DNA of 64,000 nucleotides from Eledone cirrhosa (taxonomy: Eukaryota): the NCBI GenBank assembly GCA_964016885.1, contig OZ024740.1:264120001-264184000 (forward strand), in the 5' to 3' direction. The notes beneath the pieces were generated by a model. It ran no database searches, was not told the DNA's origin, and saw nothing but the letters and a program-made list of their open reading frames with translations. A program made the position numbers and the translations under genes. Shown here piece after piece: positions 38,401 through 54,678 of the stretch (position 1 is its first letter; the number at the start of each line of letters is the position of its first letter).

Positions 38401-41025
38401 TATCAGAAATATATTGCTTGGAAGTATTGTTAATTTGCTCTTCTATTTTGTAGCATATTTGTGTCCTAGACACTGTCGAGTTGAAGTGAGTGATCAGTAA
38501 AACAATATAATAATTTATTTGCCAGTCACTAACAACATGACGATTCTCTTTTGTTTAAGTTATGAACATTTCCAATTTTCTATAAATATGTAAGTCGACA
38601 TGCACGTACATTTATCATCACTATTAAATGTACATGACGTCCTAGAAAACAGGCATTTGTGTTTGCAGGTGGGCAATTTAACTTTATGTATATATGCATT
38701 TTGTCATATGTACGCATTCAAATTTGCATATATACTAATTACAGGAGCCTAAAATGAAGTATTTTTAGAATATCATGGCAATTGTCACTGTGTAATAACT
38801 GTGAGAATTTAGAGGATGCGGATTAATTTGCGCTGTTCTTTCATTGAAATTGGCAGATTCAGAATGTTTATTTGAATGAGTGTGTTTTCCGCTTGTTCAC
38901 CAAGAGAAGAAAATAATTGACGAAAATGCCTGGATTAAAATATTGAAAAGAATCGCTAAGAAAAATATTGGTGGAACCTAAGAATAGAAACATCAAATAT
39001 CCACTTGGTATCAAAGTGACAAAAATACATGAGAATAAATACAATTAAGAGCTCCTAAATATCCATTTCCGGTTTTCTGTTTGGAGATTTAAAGACTATT
39101 TTAAACGGTGTTCATCGTAAAGAATATATGTGTTTATATGTATATATGTCTGTGATAAGAGACTTATGATATTCTCGTTATCTGTTTGTCGATCTTTATT
39201 CTCCTAGTTATCGCGCTCATTTTTATTCATTCGAAAATTCATTCATATTTTTATACAGGTGAGTTAGCATATACACAATCGCTTCAGTAATAAGTTATAT
39301 ATGGCTGGAATTAATGATTCAGCATCAACGTCGCATCTATTTCCTACCTTATTAATATTAAATAAGCAAATTATTTACCCAAGAGATCGTGGTTTTAATT
39401 TTGTCATCAGTAATTGTGTTCTAGTTTAATTGTGGGTTTTATTCATAGTTTCTAATAATAAAATTTCGATCCGTCGATCACAATATATTTATTTTCTTTC
39501 TAAATATATTTCACATTGCTCTGGTTAAACATCATGTCTTAAAGTAAGATAGTGCACGGTTGATATTCTCTTATATATTTCGTTTTAGTTTTGCATTTAG
39601 TACATATGTTGGTAGCTGCAGATTTGTGCCTTTTGTAGAGATTTGTGCCTTTTATAGAGAAGGTACTTAGATATGTTCTGATCTGGAATTGCATGGCAGT
39701 AAAATATTATATGTTTTAATTTGAGGTTTATTTATCAATTTTGAATTATATGAAAAAAGACTACCTTACGCATGTTTCCGTGTATGTTCGGATGCTGCAT
39801 GTCAAATATCTATAAACATATATTAATGAAACATTGGAGATGTTATTCTGTTCTGCAATCCATTCATATAACTGTAGTTGTCTCCATTCATACTTCAGAT
39901 AACTTAATCTCTAATTTATTAAGAAGTGAATAAAGATATATATGAATTAGAATGAATCATTTCATTTTAATAACTTTCGCGCCGCAACTATATGTGACAG
40001 GTCTAGCATTCTTTCAGGCTATGCCATTTGTTAATAATCCCTCATCGACATGTTGAATGTCAGTAATCAAAATATATCAGCAGGTGATAATTGTAAAAAA
40101 TGTAAATCCTAACATTCAAATAAGATTCCACTTTATAGCTGATGTCGAGGTTTGCAGAAGTGCCAAATAAAGATGTAACGATATTAATCAAATCTAAATT
40201 AGTTTTCGTATTTACACCGTTTAAAAAATTCACATCCATAAGAAATTGAAAAATTGAAGTGTCAAAAAAAATTATAAGTTAAAGCCAATAGATATATCAT
40301 TATTGTCTCCTCCTCCCATATCATAAGTACATTTTAAAATATAAATCAAATTATAATTTAAATTTTTTTTGGTTCTTCTCCTTTCTAAATCATTAATCAA
40401 TTTCAACTGGTATAGGAGTGTCAAGCGTTATTTCCCAAATGTCAGAATAATTGCAAATTTAGGAAATAGAAATTGTTAATAAAATATTTAGCACCTGCAG
40501 ATACTTATTCTGTAGAAGATAAAAGCTTAAAAAATAGATTTTGCCTCTAACAAAAATCAATGATATTTTTTTCATATAATTAACCATCTGTGACAATGTA
40601 TTCTCTTTCATAAATTCCTCTTTAAAATCGAGCTTAATTGATTTAGAAGAATTACAAAAGTAAAACCATTTTGAAGACCTTTAAATACCTGAATTGTCAG
40701 AAAACATTCAGATAACAGTTTCAAACGAATTTATTTAAAAAATTTAATATCCGGAAAATAAGTCTGTAAAAATATGTGATTTTTCGATATCAGAAACAAA
40801 AATATGTTTTGTATTTTATTAAAATCAAATTTGTTATTCCTTCGGTTCATTGTTTAGCGTCATTATTTGAATTGAAATCCTAATATTTCAAGAAGAATAC
40901 ATACAAACGTGTGATACATATAATATATATTTATATCTATACACACACACATCTTTCATTCTGTCTCTCGATTTCTCTCTCTCTCTCTTTCTCTCTCGCT
41001 CTCTCCCACCCTCTCTGTCTCTCGC

Positions 41026-41120
<95 letters not shown>

Positions 41121-41265
41121 TATGTAGAAGCCATTTTTACATTAAATTTTCTATATACTCTACTATGTATTGAGTACCTTACTTACTGTGGTTACTTCCG
41201 ATTGAAACCGGGACACACGTACACACACACACACACACATACACACACCCCCACACACACACACC

Positions 41266-41318
<53 letters not shown>

Positions 41319-41681
41319 TCATACGCACATGCACACATATATCTTTTAAACCCTCCAGGATTTTTGTTCATCTGGAGTTTTATTATAATAATAAAAGCGG
41401 TTTCATTTATACATCTCTATTTATTTGGTCATACATATTTCAAAGATGTACGGCAGTATAACAAATGCCCTATGTGTTCTCTTCAGACAAAAATCCAAAC
41501 GAGATGTAAATATCTATTGATATCGAACTAGTAATAAGAGTTATTTCCTTTGCCGACCATTAAGTATCAATGGATACTTACATCTCATGTGAATAGAGCA
41601 GCTGTTATACAACTACCATACGTCTTTGAAATACTTATAACAAAATAAATACAATGACCAGATGTAACCGTCTTTCTTGTT

Positions 41682-41712
<31 letters not shown>

Positions 41713-41898
41713 GATTTAGAAAAATAACCAATAATATATTCTATAAAAAATGCCAAAACAACAGATGGGAATCTAATTACTCACTGCCACCAAGAATTCT
41801 CACTGCTATCGAAAAACCACTCCTTCAACTATTCTTCTAACAACTTCACCCCTCCCTCCTAATATTCTCTATAAAAACTAAATAGGTCCTCAGTAATA

Positions 41899-42015
41899 TT
41901 ATTCTGATGAAATGACAGTAAATAATAACATTGAAATATTGAATGTCTGCATAACTAAAAGTTTGTAGATAGCTGTTTTAGGTTATGTAACTGTTATAGA
42001 AACACGTGTCAATAA
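41899..42015 (+). ncRNA. Type-I hammerhead ribozyme motif with long branched stem II (Penelope pLTR type)
   Basis: TTATT-CTGATGA-A-ATGACAGT...ACTGTTAT-A-GAAA-CACGTG-TC-AATAA. Confidence 0.72.
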
Positions 42016-42052
42016 ATTCCTTTCAACTAAACTGTATCCATTCAAATCTTTC

Positions 42053-42187
<135 letters not shown>

Positions 42188-42225
42188 TTGTGTGTATGTG
42201 TGTGTGTAATTCATTATATCATATA

Positions 42226-42420
42226 GAGCGGTGAATTGGCAATATCGGTAGAGGGTTGGACGTCATGCTTTCTAGCATAGTTACTTCCCTGTACCGTCTG
42301 AGTTCAAATCCCGTCGAGATTAACTTTGCCTTTCATCCATCCTTACAGGGTGGATAAAATAAAGTACCAGTAATGTACTGGGTAATTGCTGGCCTTGTGC
42401 CAAAAGTAGAAACAATTATA
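42226..42420 (+). mobile_element. Solo tRNA-derived SINE (same family as array)
   Basis: gcggtgaattggcaatatcggtagagg..gagttcaaatccc..ggccttgtgccaaaagtagaaacaatta. Confidence 0.88.
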
Positions 42421-42559
42421 TCATTTACAGATTACATCTACATAGATAGAACTGTTTCATTTGTAAGAAAATCCGGCTGTATCCACAAGCCAGATCAACT
42501 GAGATCATGGCTTTTATCCAACATTCTTGCTTGCGATCTACGTCTAGAATTTCTGTAAG

Positions 42560-43600
42560 TTGAATTTTCCCGTAAAATCAGTCCAGCGATGTTTTCCTGA
42601 GATATTCTAACCACATGTCTTTATTATCAGAGGTGTGACCTCGCTATTCGGAGAAGTAGCTGCCCTGCTTGTTGTGACTCTTCAAAGACTCATCGGAGGA
42701 ACCCTATTTCGGCCACATGTGTTTGCGATCCTATTATTTCTGTTATTATACAAGATTCTTGATTGTACGTAAGGTTTGGCTCGTATGGCGAACTGAATAT
42801 GCCGTGTTATGCGTTTAAATCTCATTTCTTCTGATTACCAAATGCTGAGGCTGGCTCATTACGGCGACAGCTCCTATGATACTTGCCCTTAATCCAGCCT
42901 CCCGCACTACATCAACCGTGGGTGGAGCCCGAAGAAATTTGAACTTCAACACCTGCTTCAGAGGAACTCCATTCATATTTAGAAGTTACTGTCTAGGCTT
43001 CCTTGATAGGACCAGTCAATCGGTGTCCATAACACTTATATTCATTCCTGTCGCACAGTTCTCGGCGGCAAACATATCTAGTGCATGTCAGAGATCACCT
43101 TCTGAAGAGTTAAGCATTTTCATGCTGTCTGCAAATCCAAACCCGCTGATCCTACACACGCCCGTCATGATACCACTTCCAACACCGCTGTGAATATCAA
43201 TATTGTCCATACATTTGAGTAACATTAGAGGTACCACTACGCACTCTGGGTAGAATATGACTCCCAAATTGATTGGGTTCGAATTAGCACCATTTATCCA
43301 AACAGCAATCCCAGGACTTTCATATAGAGACATCAACGCAACAATAAGCTGTCACTCAATCCCTTACTCTTACAGTACCTTGCACCACAGTTCCAGAGGA
43401 ACGCATTCATATGCTTTTTTCGAGGTCTACGAAACAAAAACACACCTCTTACAAATTCTCAAAGACATGCGGCAGGGTAAATATTTTGTCGGCTGTGCAA
43501 CCTCTCGGGTGAAAGCTACATCGTTCGTTCATTAGCTTGAACTTGTCGATATCACATCTTTTTGCCAGAAACTTAACATGGACCTCACCTGGGAGGCATA
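42560..43600 (-). mobile_element. Decayed RTE-type LINE RT fragment
   Basis: SLYE..AVWING..PLML..MD..FADS(YADD)..SEGDL..LD.F..GMNIS..KFKFL pattern. Confidence 0.65.
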
Positions 43601-43615
43601 ACAATGAATTCACTC

Positions 43616-43695
<80 letters not shown>

Positions 43696-43705
43696 CACAC
43701 ACACT

Positions 43706-43745
<40 letters not shown>

Positions 43746-44239
43746 GTGTATGTGTGTATGTGTCTGTATGTGAATGTGTGTGTCTGTATGCATTAAGGGA
43801 GAGAGAGATTGATAGATAAATTGATATATATGTATATGAGTGTTTGTATTTAAAAGTTGGATAGGAATATGATTAATTTCACAAGAATATGTGTAGATGG
43901 TGTTGAGTTTACTCATTAGCGCTGAAATGTGGAAAGGCCGCTGGGGAGGATACAATTCGGTCCGAGATGTTAAAAGCCTTAAAGACAGACGAAAAATTCT
44001 ATTTGAGTGATACATAAAACACTAAATATTTTCATATTGTATTTAATAGATCAATGCGTTGGACCTCCGTTGGTTTCGACGACTGGTATTCAAATTGTTC
44101 CAACAACGAAAGCTCCTGATCGTAAATCAGATGTTCAGATAATTGAACTTTCCAGGTCACCATGCAACTTTAAGACAGCTACCAGTGAGATTTAGTGGTA
44201 TCTAGCAACGCATGCCACTCATATTTTCGCAGTAGATTA

Positions 44240-44345
44240 AACTTGAGCAGCGTGAAATAAAGATACTGATCACTACTGGGAATCGAAATCACGATTTATG
44301 ATCGTGAACCTAGCAAACTAACTACTAAGTGATGCACCTTCATTA
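44240..44345 (-). mobile_element. Degenerate tRNA-derived SINE head of a second family
   Basis: Reverse strand reads ..cttagtagttag..tcgtgatttcgattcccag (A/B-box-like). Confidence 0.45.
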
Positions 44346-44686
44346 TTTAGGAGATAATTATACGCTATTAAAGCCAAAAGAAAAAACTACAAATATCGAC
44401 ATTCATAATAATAATTGGTGCGACTTTTATAAATACATACCAACTAATGAGAAGGAAAACTATTTTAAATGGACTTTGGAAAAAACCTTTTACGAGAAAT
44501 TAAACACAAAACACGGTTTACAATTGTTTCTAAATTGTCAACGTAAAACTGTATTATATTTGATGTGCGAGCAATTTTTTGTCCATTGTTTTTTATTGCA
44601 ACTTATTCTTTATGCTTTTTTCTTCATATTTGTTGATGGTGTTGTCATTGTTTTCATAGAATCAGAATAATTGGAATGCGTTCCAA

Positions 44687-44805
44687 AGGACGTAAATTTC
44701 GTAAATTGTTCAAATATTTATTAACCTTGGTGTCAACTTCCAACGAATATATATATATGTGTGTGTCTATGTGCGTATATATATATATATATGTATATAT
44801 ATAAG

Positions 44806-44886
<81 letters not shown>

Positions 44887-45024
44887 ATATATATATGTAT
44901 ATATGCATATATATACTTATATATTCATATATATATATATATGCACATACACATATATATATATTCGTTCGAAGATGACACCAGAGTTAATAAATGTTTG
45001 AACAATTTATGCAATTTACGTCCT
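44687..45024. repeat. Inverted repeat (~65-bp arms) around a (TA)n tract
   Basis: aggacgtaaatt..tggtgtcaacttccaacgaat versus attcgttcgaagatgacacca..aatttacgtcct. Confidence 0.85.
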
Positions 45025-46268
<1,244 letters not shown>

Positions 46269-46563
46269 AATTTGCGACTAGTAATATTGTGATTGGTCAC
46301 CTATTAGTGACTAATAATGAGGTTGACAACGAACTAGTAACATTAGTGACAAATAAAAAAAATGTATAGAAGAGTTACGAGGTTTCTTTAGAATATAATA
46401 ATTAAATAGTAACAATGTGAAATATAAAAAGACAAATAGGAATAACAGCATTACATCTGACTTCATATGAATAGATGTCAATGTATGTAACATCTGTCGT
46501 TAGAGTTTCTCGTAATGTATTAAATGCTTTTATTAAACACAATTTTATTTTTTTCTTTCAGAG

Positions 46564-46619
<56 letters not shown>

Positions 46620-46632
46620 CTGTGTGTGTGTG

Positions 46633-46699
<67 letters not shown>

Positions 46700-47613
46700 C
46701 AATGTATGCGTGTATGTTTGTTTGTGCATGTCTGTGTGTTTTATTGATATTCAATTATGTTGAGTGTTGATGTTTTTTTTAATATACAGGCAGTCGCCCG
46801 GTATATTAAAAACAGTCCATGAGAATGAATCTAAAAGGTTACAAGCAGAGAACATTTCTTATGTGAGCAAATGATATTACTACCTTCAGAGAAAATTGAA
46901 ACAAGTTTCGATTGATCTAAGTAACGTTTGAAGAACATTATAGAACATTATAGAACATTATAACAGATGGGTGTAAGAATCGACATGAAACATTCAGTGA
47001 TTAGTTCGTCAATCAATTCACACCATTTTGGCTGTTTCTAGATTGCATGCACGTTTACCTTATCTTAAGTCTCTTTGACAAATTTCGAAATATATTCATA
47101 CATATTCACCGTCAGATTAGAACTTCTCACTTATGGTTTTAATTACATTACATAGCTATGTTCATCGAACATCCAACACTCATTTTTAATACATGAAATA
47201 GCTATCTTAATCGACTTATTATCTCCATTACAACCAGGTCATCTTATTATGCACTTGTTTCACCACATAGTTCTCCAATCAATATATGCCATATTCAACA
47301 TAATCTGCATCGATAGAATTATAATTTCATAGTTTATAAATATATCTTTGTATACCAAAACAGTGAGTAATTGTGGAAAAGTGAATGTTTGACTACTGGG
47401 CAACATTGCATTATAACAAACGGGTGTAGTGATTGATATACAATAATAAGACCTCAAGTACCTAACATGGGAAGAGAGCATTTTATTTATGAAGCAAACC
47501 AAATTTATCATATTCCTTCTGTGACAACTTTGCTGTAAAAAACACAGGCATAAACTAAAAAGAAAACTACTAAAATGTCGTAAATAAAGAAGACTATTTC
47601 ATAGGTATTTAAA

Positions 47614-48240
47614 TTCTTCTTCTTCTTCTTCTTCTTCTTCTTCTTCTTCTTCTTCTTCTTCTTCTTCTTCTTCTTCTTCTTCTTCTTCTTCTTCTTCTTC
47701 TTCTTCTTCTTCTTCTTCTTCTTCTTCTTCTTCTTCTTCTTCTTCTTCTTCTTCTTCTTCTTCTTCTTCTTCTTCTTCTTCTCCTCCCACTTATTCCTGA
47801 GAAGATCGTGGAGGCAGAGTCCTCAAACACTCCTCCCAGTGGGTCCTGTCAGTAGCACATCGTCTCCAACAGATCCGGCTGGTTCCCCAAGCATGACAAG
47901 CCAAGTTGATGGATGTTATCAAGCCATATTGCTCAGGATCAACCCTTGAGTCTCCTGCATGATGGTTTTGCCTGTAAAATCTGTCCAGCAATTATTTGCT
48001 GAGACATTCTAATCACAGGCCCATAATATCGGTACTGCGATCTCTCAACTGTGTAAGTAGTGGCTCTACTTGGAGTGAATTTCTGGTCTCCGAGCTATGC
48101 ACTCTATCGAGTAATGTTACTCCTAAAACCCTTCGGAGGAACATAATATTAGTCGCTGGTATTCGCGATCGTATTTTTTCTTTCATTGCCCAACATTCAT
48201 GACAATTGGTAAGGGTTGGCACGAATACAAAATGCAAAAA
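47614..48240 (-). mobile_element. 3' end of an RTE-type LINE with long (GAA)n tail (47614-47782)
   Basis: HECWAMKEKIRSRI..MFLRRVLGVTLLDRVHS..RN.LQVEPL matches the RTE C-terminal pattern. Confidence 0.78.
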
Positions 48241-48572
48241 AACGCAAATGCACACAGTCTCCTACAGTTTCAATAGCAGACTTAGTTTACAAGCTTTGCG
48301 CTTAACAGGGTAAGTGTAATGGGAGAAGAACTTCTGTAATTCAACAGAGTATACCTTTTCGACTTCAAGTGATTCAAATAATAGAACTACATAAATTTAC
48401 TTTAGAAGAAGATTGGTAAAGCCAGACAGTCAGAAAACACATCAAACAATCATTCTCGCACAACAATATATGTACACACTTATACAGACACACTTATACA
48501 ATACACACTTATACAGAGCACAAACAGACACAGACACAGAAACACACACACACACACATATGTATATTTATT

Positions 48573-48676
<104 letters not shown>

Positions 48677-48764
48677 TGTGTGTATAAATATATATATATA
48701 TATATAAGTATATGTATATACGCACACACACACACACACCCATATATATATATATGTGTATATA

Positions 48765-48827
<63 letters not shown>

Positions 48828-49409
48828 TAGGTTTTTTTACAAAATGAAAAAATAAAACGAGGTGTCCTACGCGAATGAAAGTATAAGGAAAAAAGATGAA
48901 ATCCAAAATGCAACTGGAGTCTTTCTTTTTTAAATATACATATTTATTTTGTTCCTTTACCGGTTTCGCAGTTCTTCTGCTTTTCAAAAGTAGAATTGAG
49001 ATGGAGGGTTTGTGATTTTTCTCACATGAATATAAGAAGCGCACAGTAATTCTGGCTTTCACTTAATAATCCTTGCGATACAGATTTACATCTGTCCGGG
49101 TATCATAGGCTATTTTCCCGATATAAGTTTGTTATTTTTATTGATTTATTACGTTAAATCGAGTGAGGCAAACCATATTGTTTTAAATTAGTATTTTTCA
49201 ACCTAGCTAACTTGGTCATTTGCAATTGAAACACATACATACTTATATCTGTGTTCATCCCTCTCATATATCTAATTATATTACACGGCTCAGAAAGATT
49301 CTCTTCTTTGAGCTATTTAATTGTAAAAGACTATTTTGAGTTTCTAACTCAATCTAATATATATATATATATAGACGCTATAAAACTTTATTATATATAA
49401 ATGTGTGTA

Positions 49410-49486
<77 letters not shown>

Positions 49487-49487
<1 letters not shown>

Positions 49488-49970
49488 CGTGGTTTTGTCT
49501 TTGCTTGCAATTGTTCTCCACGCTCCACATATGACATATTATCTTCGTTTTTTCCGTTCATTGCCAGAGAACGTCTCTATGAACCACCTAAGGGAATATT
49601 AGTCTACGACCTCTTTTATACCCTAAACGTGGTTCTGTCTTTGCACGTAAATGTTTTTTACCGCTCCTATTAATGACGTATTATTCGTTTTTTCCCGTTC
49701 TTTGCCAGCGAACGTTTCCATGAACCAAAGTATTGTCTTCCTGTCTTCCTCCGGTTGCAACGTTTTTTGAAATATCCACTTCTGTGTTTACAGATTGACT
49801 TTGTTAGTTTCAGAAGATCCCGTTAAGGGTGAAAGCACCGATTCTTTGCTTAAATTTTAATCTGTTATTTTAATAAATATTTGCTCTACAGTTCTTATAT
49901 ATTTGATATATATTTATCGTTATCGAGCCCTCTTTGGATTTTAGTCTTCAAATTTAATATTATTACTATA
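49487..49970. repeat. Dispersed repeat copy A (with internal ~110-bp duplication), homologous to 58520-58895
   Basis: Shared aatattagtctacgac..ttgccag.gaacgt..gttaagggtgaaagca..aatctgttattttaataaatatttg; both copies end in (TA)n. Confidence 0.85.
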
Positions 49971-50297
49971 TATATATATATATATATATACTTGGGGAGA
50001 GTCATATTGTTGTAATAATATTGCCAGAATTAATAACAGAACACACTCACTGTTTGGTTGGTTTTCGCTTCTGTATCTTTTATATCAGTTAATTTATTCG
50101 TTCCTCAATGTTTACCATTGACTGACCAACGGTCAAAAATACAGCTATAATATAGACACAAACACATATATAGTCTAACAAAGTTCTTTCGTTGCACAAC
50201 TGCGTCAGAGGTGCTATTATGTTTCCTCCTGTTGTATTGCATGCCTACGCATTCTTTATTTAATCTCAATATATATATACATGAGATAAATCTCCTT

Positions 50298-50347
<50 letters not shown>

Positions 50348-50822
50348 GTGTGTGTGTGTAAATTCCCGCCCACGGCGCCAAGCGGTTTCGAATCGTGGGT
50401 ACTTCATGCAATGGGGGCAATTTATATCGTTCGAATAACCAGATGGTCACCAACATACACTCACATAAATAAACACACAAACACACAAAACACTCACATG
50501 TATATGTATACATATATTGTTAAACAATGCATAATATTTCAGAGCAATGAGATAAATCTGTCCACACGCGATAAGGTGTCAACTTGATGTTGTATGAGAA
50601 AGTCTTGAACATTCCAATAAGACATTTCGTATATCCATAAATATACAACTGTTGCATTTATTCACAGATTACATATTTATTTCTCCTAAATATGTAGACA
50701 CTTAATATCACACCATGTGTATATATTAAATTACATTTAGAGATTTCAATAAAGTACTTGTTTCTCTAATACATTAAAGACTAATAGTATGTATATATTT
50801 ACACACACACACACACACACAC

Positions 50823-50870
<48 letters not shown>

Positions 50871-51179
50871 TTCAATTTATTATGAACTGTATCAATATTA
50901 ACAATGCAATCCCCATAATGCACTCTCAACACAGGCTTCTACCGCAATTTATATAATTGCCTCTCATATCAGAATTCGAGAGAAACGATTTACGATTTAA
51001 ATCTGTTATTCGTAATAATCCAGGATAATTTCATTTCAAAAACACAATTGAGTAAATATACGCATTTGAAATATATAAACATAATCATGTGAAAGTATAT
51101 GACCAAGTTTAAATATGAAGTCACTGTTATTTTTCTTTCAGAGAAAATATAATTTACAATCAACTTCCACATATTCATT

Positions 51180-51392
51180 TCTGATTTAGAAACAAGGTCA
51201 ACACTTTCGGGTAAGAGGACAGGCGATTAAATCGACCTCAGTGCATTACTGGTACTTTATTTTACCGACCCCGTAAGTATGAAAGACAAAGCTAGCGTCG
51301 GTAGGATTTGAAACTAGATTGTAAAGGGATGTAAGTCTATGCCATAAAGCATGTCGTTCGACGCTCTACCGATATTGGGAATCCAGTGCCCT
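51180..51392 (-). mobile_element. Diverged SINE copy on -, followed by a 3' SINE fragment on + (51475-51545)
   Basis: ctggtactttattttaccgaccccgtaag.atgaaag is the reverse complement of the SINE core. Confidence 0.8.
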
Positions 51393-51565
51393 AATCTACT
51401 TACGCATATTGAAGGTTCATCCAGTTAATGTTTGAATATTCGATGTACCATGGCACCTTAGCATCCGTTTACGTGTTCGATAAAATAAAGCACGAGTAAT
51501 TAACAGGGATAATTGCTGGCCTTGTGCCAAAAGTAGAAACAATTATATATATATATATATATAAT

Positions 51566-54500
51566 TCTGATTTATCTGAATTATTGAGCCCTCTGCCGCT
51601 CATTTCGAATTTTGTTTATCGTGAACTCGTGCGCCGATTTTTCGATACTCGATTATTCTACTATATTTAGCTCTAGACCTAGCTATTGACCAGTTAATTT
51701 TATTGTTCATTTTTTGTCGATTCTATTAAATGATGAATAGCTCCTGTTTATTTTAACATGTCTATTGAGCACTCTTATTCTATATGTGTATTTCCACATT
51801 TTCCCGAATATTTTTGCGGATATAGAGGTTATCTCCCTTGCTGAATTACATGTGCGTTCTTTCAACCTGGGTTATGCCTTTTCATTCGTTCGGACAAAAG
51901 CTCGTTGAGGAAGTAAATTCCAGTCCGCTGGCTTCCAGAAGTCTTATATATTTTTATTTGGGCTGATAGAGGGCAGTTTAAGGATTTACAGAAACCCAAG
52001 AAGCTAGATTTACCATCTTTCTAGCGGGTCCGGGTATGCTTTTTACATTCATTTGATTTATTGATATTTTATCTGAGTGTCCCGAATCTTCCATATCGCA
52101 ATTTTTCGGTCGTATGGTTGATTGTAGACATGTTCTATGTGTGACGGTATTTTAACGATAGTTATAGCTCTGATTTATCTGAATTATTGAGCCCTCTGCC
52201 GCTCATTTCGAATTTTGTTTATCGTGAACTCGTGCGCCGATTTTTCGATACTCGATTATTCTACTATATTTAGCTCTAGACCTAGCTATTGACCAATTAA
52301 TTTTATTGTTCATTTTTTGTCGATTCTATTAAATGATGAATAGCTCCTGTTTATTTTAACATGTCTATTGAGCTCTCTTATTCGATATGTGTATTTCCAC
52401 ATTTTCCCGAATATTTTTTGCGGATATAGAGGTTATCTCCCTTGCTGAATTACATGTGCGTTCTTTCAAACTGGGTTATGCCTTTTCATTCGTTCGGACA
52501 AAAGCTCGTTGAGGAAATAAATTCCGGTCCGCTGGCTTCCAGAAGTCTTATATATTTTTATTTGGGCTGATAGAGGGCAGTTTAAGGATTTACAGAAACC
52601 TAAGAAGCTAGATTTACCATCTTTCTAGCGGGTCCGGGTATGCTTTTTACATTCATTTGATTTATTGATATTTTATCTGAGTGTCCCGAATCTTCCATAT
52701 CGCAATATTTCGGTCGTATGGTTGATTGTAGACATGTTCTATGTGTGACGGTATTTTAACGATAGTTATAGCTCTGATTTATCTGAATTATTGAGCCCTC
52801 TGCCGCTCATTTCGAATTTTGTTTATCGTGAACTCGTGCGCCGATTTTTCGATACTCGATTATTCTACTATATTTAGCTCTAGACCTAGCTATTGACCAA
52901 TTAATTTTATTGTTCATTTTTTGTCGATTCTATTAAATGATGAATAGCTCCTGTTTATTTTAACATGTCTATTGAGCTCTCTTATTCGATATGTGTATTT
53001 CCACATTTTCCCGAATATTTTTTGCGGATATAGAGGTTATCTCCCTTGCTGAATTACATGTGCGTTCTTTCAAACTGGGTTATGCCTTTTCATTCGTTCG
53101 GACAAAAGCTCGTTGAGGAAATAAATTCCGGTCCGCTGGCTTCCAGAAGTCTTATATATTTTTATTTGGGCTGATAGAGGGCAGTTTAAGGATTTACAGA
53201 AACCTAAGAAGCTAGATTTACCATCTTTCTAGCGGGTCCGGGTATGCTTTTTACATTCATTTGATTTATTGATATTTTATCTGAGTGTCCCGAATCTTCC
53301 ATATCGCAATATTTCGGTCGTATGGTTGATTGTAGACATGTTCTATGTGTGACGGTATTTTAACGATAGTTATAGCTCTGATTTATCTGAATTATTGAGC
53401 CCTCTGCCGCTCATTTCGAATTCTGTTTATCGTGAACTCGTGCGCCGATTTTTCGATACTCGATTATTCTACTATATTTAACTCTAGACCTAGCTATTGA
53501 CCAGTTAATTTTATTTTTCATTTTTTTGTCGATTCTATTAAATGATGAATAGCTCCTGTTTATTTTAACATGTCTATTGAGCACTCTTATTCGATATGTG
53601 TATTTCCACATTTTCCCGAATATTTTTTGCGGATATAGAGGTTATCTCCCTTGCTGAATTACATGTGCGTTCTTTCAACCTGGGTTATGCCTTTTCATTC
53701 GTTCGGACAAAAGCTCGTTGAGGAAGTAAATTCCGGTCCGCTGGCTTCCAGAAGTCTTATATATTTTTATTTGGGCTGATAGAGGGCAGTTTAAGGATTT
53801 ACAGAAACCCAAGAAGCTAGATTTACCATCTTTCTAGCGGGTCCGGGTATGCTTTTTACATTCATTTGATTTATTGATATTTTATCTGAGTGTCCCGAAT
53901 CTTCCATATCGCAATATTTCGGTCGTATGGTTGATTGTAGACATGTTCTATGTGTGACGGTATTTTAACGATAGTTATAGCTCTGATTTATCTGAATTAT
54001 TGAGCCCTCTGCCGCTCATTTCGAATTTTGTTTATCGTGAACTCGTGCGCCGATTTTTCGATACTCGATTATTCTACTATATTTAGCTCTAGACCTAGCT
54101 ATTGACCAATTAATTTTATTGTTCATTTTTTGTCGATTCTATTAAATGATGAATAGCTCCTGTTTATTTTAACATGTCTATTGAGCTCTCTTATTCGATA
54201 TGTGTATTTCCACATTTTCCCGAATATTTTTTGCGGATATAGAGGTTATCTCCCTTGCTGAATTACATGTGCGTTCTTTCAAACTGGGTTATGCCTTTTC
54301 ATTCGTTCGGACAAAAGCTCGTTGAGGAAATAAATTCCGGTCCGCTGGCTTCCAGAAGTCTTATATATTTTTATTTGGGTTGATAGAGGGCAGTTTAAGG
54401 ATTTACAGAAACCTAAGAAGCTAGATTTACCATCTTTCTAGCGGGTCCGGGTATGCTTTTTACATTCATTTGATTTATTGATATTTTATCTGAGTGTCCC

Positions 54501-54678
54501 GAATCTTCCATATCGCAATATTTCGGTCGTATGGTTGATTGTAGACATGTTCTATGTGTGACGGTATTTTAACGATAGTTATAGCTCTGATTTATCTGAA
54601 TTATTGAGCCCTCTGCCGCTCATTTCGAATTCTGTTTATCGTGAACTCGTGCGCCGATTTTTCGATACTCGATTATTC

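Noticed and set aside
37500-38470. Possible ancient LINE on - (KANVIPVVPK..YR)
   Set aside because: Single short motif, too degenerate to support.
39256-39264. CAG|GTGAGT (also TAG|GTAAGT at ~57913) as recursive splice sites
   Set aside because: A few such motifs are expected by chance in 64 kb, and no host gene is evident.
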